Below, piece by piece: positions 60,087-64,000 of a stretch of 64,000 bases of DNA. A model generated the notes under the pieces. The model made no database searches. It was given only the letters and a program-made list of their open reading frames with translations, and was not told the DNA's origin. This DNA is from Desulfatiglandales bacterium (GTDB lineage Bacteria > Desulfobacterota > DSM-4660 > Desulfatiglandales > HGW-15). A program made the position numbers and the translations under genes. The first letter of the stretch is position 1. The number at the start of each line of letters is the position of its first letter. Location: contig CAXXJJ010000004.1 of NCBI GenBank assembly GCA_963667015.2, positions 2,368,001-2,432,000 on the forward strand. The letters run 5' to 3'.

Positions 60087-60123
60087 AATGGAATGCCGGA
60101 TACCGGCATTCCATTTTCCTTTT
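60087..60123 (+). terminator. Hairpin/terminator after rpmE
   Basis: AATGGAATGCCGG-ATA-CCGGCATTCCATT 13-bp stem with pyrimidine tail. Confidence 0.65.
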
Positions 60124-60177
60124 GGTAAATTATCCCTGTTTCTGACAGGACAACCTTTATTTGCATGAGCCTTTATA

Positions 60178-61242
60178 ATGTTTGAGAAGATCAACGAAAT
60201 TGAAGACAGGTTCAGTCTGCTTGAAAGTGAACTTTCCAGGCCTGATATATTCAAGGATCAGAATACCTATCAGAAATACACAAAAGAGCATAGTCAGCTT
60301 GCACCAATAATCAATACATACAGGGAATACATTAATGTGTGTGAAGAAATTGACAGCAACAGGTCACTTCTGAACGATTCAGATCCGGAGATGAGGAAAC
60401 TCGCCAGAGAAGAGATGGAATCACTTGAATCCCGAAAGGAAGAACTGGAACAGGAGCTTAAAGTCCTTCTTTTGCCAAAGGATCCCAACGATGAAAAGAA
60501 TATCATCCTTGAAATAAGGGCAGGAACAGGCGGTGATGAGGCAGCCCTATTTGTTGCAGACCTGTTAAGGAGCTATCTTAAGTATGCAGAGCTCAAGAAG
60601 TGGAAAACTGAGATCTTAAGCGAGAATATGATCGGAATAGGCGGCTACAAGGAAATAATAGTCCTTATCGAAGGTGATGATGTATACAGCAGGCTGAAGT
60701 TTGAAAGCGGTGTTCACAGAGTACAGCGTGTACCTGAAACAGAGGCCCAGGGTAGAATCCATACATCAGCTATTACTGTTGCAGTACTTCCTGAGGCAGA
60801 GGAGGTTGATGTAGAGATAGACCCTGATGATCTCCGGATCGACACATACAGATCCTCCGGCAAGGGAGGCCAGCATGTCAATGTTACGGATTCTGCTGTA
60901 AGGATAACCCACCTTCCTTCCGGGATCGTTGTAGCATGCCAGGATGAAAGATCACAGCACAAGAACAAGGCAAAGGCAATGAAGGTCCTGCGTTCAAGAC
61001 TTCTTGATGCCCAGGTGACAGAACAGCAGTCAAAAATATCACAGGATAGAAAAAACATGGTAGGCTCCGGAGACAGAAGCGAGAGGATCAGGACCTATAA
61101 TTTCCCACAGGGAAGAGTTACAGATCATAGAATCGGCCTTACGCTGTATAAATTAGAGAATGTAATGCAGGGAGAACTTGACCTTGTTATCGATCCTTTG
61201 AATACATATTTCCAGACTGAGGCACTGAAGGGTGAACAGTGA
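60178..61242 (+). CDS. prfA: Peptide chain release factor 1
   Basis: VPET (PxT) motif, [12 protein letters not shown]. Confidence 0.97.
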   Translation: MFEKINEIEDRFSLLESELSRPDIFKDQNTYQKYTKEHSQLAPIINTYREYINVCEEIDSNRSLLNDSDPEMRKLAREEMESLESRKEELEQELKVLLLPKDPNDEKNIILEIRAGTGGDEAALFVADLLRSYLKYAELKKWKTEILSENMIGIGGYKEIIVLIEGDDVYSRLKFESGVHRVQRVPETEAQGRIHTSAITVAVLPEAEEVDVEIDPDDLRIDTYRSSGKGGQHVNVTDSAVRITHLPSGIVVACQDERSQHKNKAKAMKVLRSRLLDAQVTEQQSKISQDRKNMVGSGDRSERIRTYNFPQGRVTDHRIGLTLYKLENVMQGELDLVIDPLNTYFQTEALKGEQ

Positions 61243-62128
61243 TAAAAAAACCTGGATTATAAAGGATCTTCTCCCTGTCTCCATAGATTTTTTAAAAGAT
61301 AAAAACATAGAATCACCCCGGCTTTGTGCAGAGATCCTCCTTGCCCACCAGCTTAATACTGACCGGCTTAAACTCTATCTTCAATATGATCAACCTGTTG
61401 GCCAGAATGACCTGAACCAGTACCGGGCAATGATTAAAAGGCTCATTGATGGAGAACCGGTACAATATATAACCGGCATACAGGAATTCTGGTCAATGGA
61501 TTTTATTGTAAACAACAGTGTCCTTATACCAAGGCCGGAAACAGAGATACTGGTTGAGCAGGCATTAAAGGCTTATAATGTAAACTTCAGGGAAAAGGGC
61601 CATAAGGTTTCAATCCTTGATATTGGCACAGGGAGCGGGGCCATTGCCCTTGCGGTTGCATCGGAAATAGGAGATGCGGAAATAACCGCGCTGGATATCT
61701 CACAGCCTGCCCTTGAAACTGCACAAAAAAATGCTGAAAAACATGATTTGACAGACCGGGTAAGATTCATATCCGGAGATCTATTTTCCCCTTTTAAAGA
61801 AGAAAATCAGCTTTTTAATATTATCGTCTCAAACCCGCCCTATGTTACGACAGATGAATATAAGGCCCTTCCCAGTAAAATTAAAAATTTTGAACCCAAA
61901 ACAGCCCTTGAGGGAGACGGGGACGGCCTTTGTTATATACGTTCAATTATCAGGGACGCACACAGGTTTTTATATCCTGACGGATGGCTTATGATTGAAA
62001 TGGCACCGGATCAGACTGAAAAGGCAATCAAAATGATCAGGGAAAGCAGCAAATATGCAGATGAACAAATTATTAAGGATTACAGTAACAAAGAAAGAGT
62101 TTTAATTGCACGCAATAAAAATTATTGA
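61232..62128 (+). CDS. prmC: Release factor glutamine methyltransferase
   Basis: [22 protein letters not shown] start overlapping the end of prfA. Confidence 0.95.
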   Translation: MNSDKKTWIIKDLLPVSIDFLKDKNIESPRLCAEILLAHQLNTDRLKLYLQYDQPVGQNDLNQYRAMIKRLIDGEPVQYITGIQEFWSMDFIVNNSVLIPRPETEILVEQALKAYNVNFREKGHKVSILDIGTGSGAIALAVASEIGDAEITALDISQPALETAQKNAEKHDLTDRVRFISGDLFSPFKEENQLFNIIVSNPPYVTTDEYKALPSKIKNFEPKTALEGDGDGLCYIRSIIRDAHRFLYPDGWLMIEMAPDQTEKAIKMIRESSKYADEQIIKDYSNKERVLIARNKNY

Positions 62129-62302
62129 AAAATATTATTACTTTAAATATTGTACATTACAAGGTTTTCAGCCTGCCCCGGTTTTTTTACGGCACTGGCA
62201 TTAAATTAAAAATCACGCCACATTCCCCTTGAAAAAACGGTCAACTTTGGCTTATATACCTTAAATAATTAAAAAATTAAATTGAACAGAGGTAAAGGAA
62301 TA

Positions 62303-63616
62303 ATGAAATCTACTGTTTCAGATAAATATGACGTTATAGTCATAGGAGGCGGAATCGCCGGAATGCAGTCAGCGCTTGATCTGGCTGATCAGGAATATAA
62401 AGTAGCTATCGTTGAAAAGGATGCCACAATCGGCGGAAAGATGATAAGGCTTGACAAGGTCTTTCCAACTCTTGACTGTGCATCCTGTATAACCACACCC
62501 AAGATGGCCTCGGTTGCGCATCATCCCAATATAGATATCCTGTCTTTATGCGAGCTTACCGACCTTAAAAAGGAAGGACTTAATTATATGGCAACGATAC
62601 TCAAGAGCCCCAGATATGTCGACGAAGAGGCATGTATCGGATGCAGGCAGTGTGAGTATGCCTGTCCTGTAATGGCTTCCGACGAAGAGCAGATGGGGTT
62701 AAGCGCCCGCAAGGCCATTTACATACCATTTTCAAATGCAATACCCCAGGTTGCGCTCATTGATGTTGAGAGCTGTGTTCTCTGCGGAAAATGCGAAAAG
62801 ATATGCCCTACAAACGCAGTAAATTATTTTGAAAAGGAAGAAATCCTTGAGCTGGAAGCAAAGGCGGTTATCCTTTCAACAGGCTATCAGCTTCTTGAGG
62901 ACTTTCCTGAACGGGCATATGGCGCGCCTGCAGAAAATCCCAATGTAATCCATGCACTTCAGCTTGAAAGAATACTGGCCCCTACAGGTCCCTACATGGA
63001 AGTCCTCCGTCCAAGCGATGGTAAGCTTCCTAAAACCCTTGCGTTTCTACAGTGTGCCGGAAGCAGGGACGAAACAAACGGGGTAAAATACTGCTCAAGA
63101 GTCTGCTGCATGTATGCCATTAAAAATGCACTGCTCGTACAGCAGGAACTGCCTGAAATCGAAATAACCATATTCTATATTGATATGAGGGCCTTTGGTA
63201 AAAATTATGAACAGTTCTTTCAGAAGGCAAAGAACAGCGGTATTAAATTTGTAAAGGCCAAACCCATAATCTATGGAAGAGGCAAGGAAGACCAGGTTAT
63301 CCTGCGATATGAAGATCAGGAAGGCGACGGAAGCAACCTTCTTGAAGAGTTCGATATGGCGGTCATGTCCCTTGGTATCCTGCCGGCATGGGACCCCCAG
63401 AATGCGACAGGGGTTTCCATTGGGGAAGACGACTTTATAAAACCGCCCTACCCGAAACTTTCCCCCACACAGACAGACAGGGAAGGTATCTTTGTCGCCG
63501 GAATAGCATCCGGTCCCAAGGATATTGTGGACAGTATACTGGAAGCAGGTTCGGCGGCAATGGACACAGCAAACTATATCAGATCCATGGAAGCAACAGG
63601 CAAGACTGCGGCCTGA
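62303..63616 (+). CDS. hdrA: HdrA-like flavoprotein (FAD domain with inserted ferredoxin), lacking the N-terminal HdrA domain
   Basis: GGGIAG, DKVFPTLDCASC, two CxxCxxCxxxCP motifs, QCAGSRD, YCSRVCC, GPKDI. Confidence 0.88.
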   Translation: MKSTVSDKYDVIVIGGGIAGMQSALDLADQEYKVAIVEKDATIGGKMIRLDKVFPTLDCASCITTPKMASVAHHPNIDILSLCELTDLKKEGLNYMATILKSPRYVDEEACIGCRQCEYACPVMASDEEQMGLSARKAIYIPFSNAIPQVALIDVESCVLCGKCEKICPTNAVNYFEKEEILELEAKAVILSTGYQLLEDFPERAYGAPAENPNVIHALQLERILAPTGPYMEVLRPSDGKLPKTLAFLQCAGSRDETNGVKYCSRVCCMYAIKNALLVQQELPEIEITIFYIDMRAFGKNYEQFFQKAKNSGIKFVKAKPIIYGRGKEDQVILRYEDQEGDGSNLLEEFDMAVMSLGILPAWDPQNATGVSIGEDDFIKPPYPKLSPTQTDREGIFVAGIASGPKDIVDSILEAGSAAMDTANYIRSMEATGKTAA

Positions 63617-63675
63617 TTTTTCGGATCATAAGATTTAATAAATTATACAAAAAATAATCGGAGCATCATTATAAA

Positions 63676-64000
63676 ATGTCAGAAATAGAAACAGAAAAAA
63701 ATATTCCCGAAGAGGTAAAAGTAGGCGTTTATGTCTGCCACTGTGGCGGTAATATTTCAAATACGGTTGATGTAGAAAAAGTGGTTGAGGCCGCCGAAAA
63801 GATGCATGGTGTTACTGTTTCCACACACTTCATGTTCATGTGTTCTGACCCGGGTCAGGATCTTATAATAAATGATATTAAAGAAGGAAAAATAAACCGG
63901 GTGGTTGTTGCAGCATGCGCACCCAGCCTTCACGAACTTACCTTCAGGAACGCCATAGCCCGTTCAGGGGTTCTCAACCCTTACCTTTATGTCCATGCAA
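63676..64000 (+). CDS. hdrA: Second HdrA-like protein (3'-partial)
   Basis: Translates MSEIE...KVGVYVCHCGGNI...MCSDPGQ...VVVAACAPSLHE..F..., the canonical HdrA N-terminal domain. Confidence 0.88.
   Translation, partial: MSEIETEKNIPEEVKVGVYVCHCGGNISNTVDVEKVVEAAEKMHGVTVSTHFMFMCSDPGQDLIINDIKEGKINRVVVAACAPSLHELTFRNAIARSGVLNPYLYVHA

Noticed and set aside
62303..63616. Selenocysteine recoding in HdrA
   Set aside because: No internal TGA; the relevant motif is DCASC with Cys.

Overview
Bacterial chromosome segment, most likely from a deltaproteobacterium (Desulfobacterota); this is inferred from gene content (HdrA paralogues, DUF1844, CarD, Na+-PPase, many PAS kinases). It has two halves. The accessory half (1-35.6 kb) holds a dense, partly decaying two-component/c-di-GMP signalling cluster. 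In it, an EAL-HDOD phosphodiesterase is interrupted by a 153-bp MITE with a 6-bp target duplication. This half also has a GH3 beta-glucosidase lipoprotein plus a decayed copy of its 3' end, a tandem-domain lipoprotein of unknown function, and an ADP-forming acyl-CoA ligase. It ends with a six-gene operon (PepSY-MipA/OmpV fusion, tripartite RND pump, ColR/ColS-like two-component system) that has a ColR-type box upstream and an intact ISL3 inserted beside that box. The core half (35.9-64 kb) holds rlpA, ihfA, coaD, rsmD, tsaB, rseP-dxr-cdsA-uppS-frr-pyrH-tsf-rpsB, a dGTPase-like gene, recO, serA, ispE-tRNA-Gln-prs-rplY-pth-hppA, carD, an RluA/RluD synthase, rho-rpmE-prfA-prmC and two hdrA-like genes. 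No CRISPR array, prophage, reverse transcriptase or defence system was seen. All calls are by eye, with no database searches.
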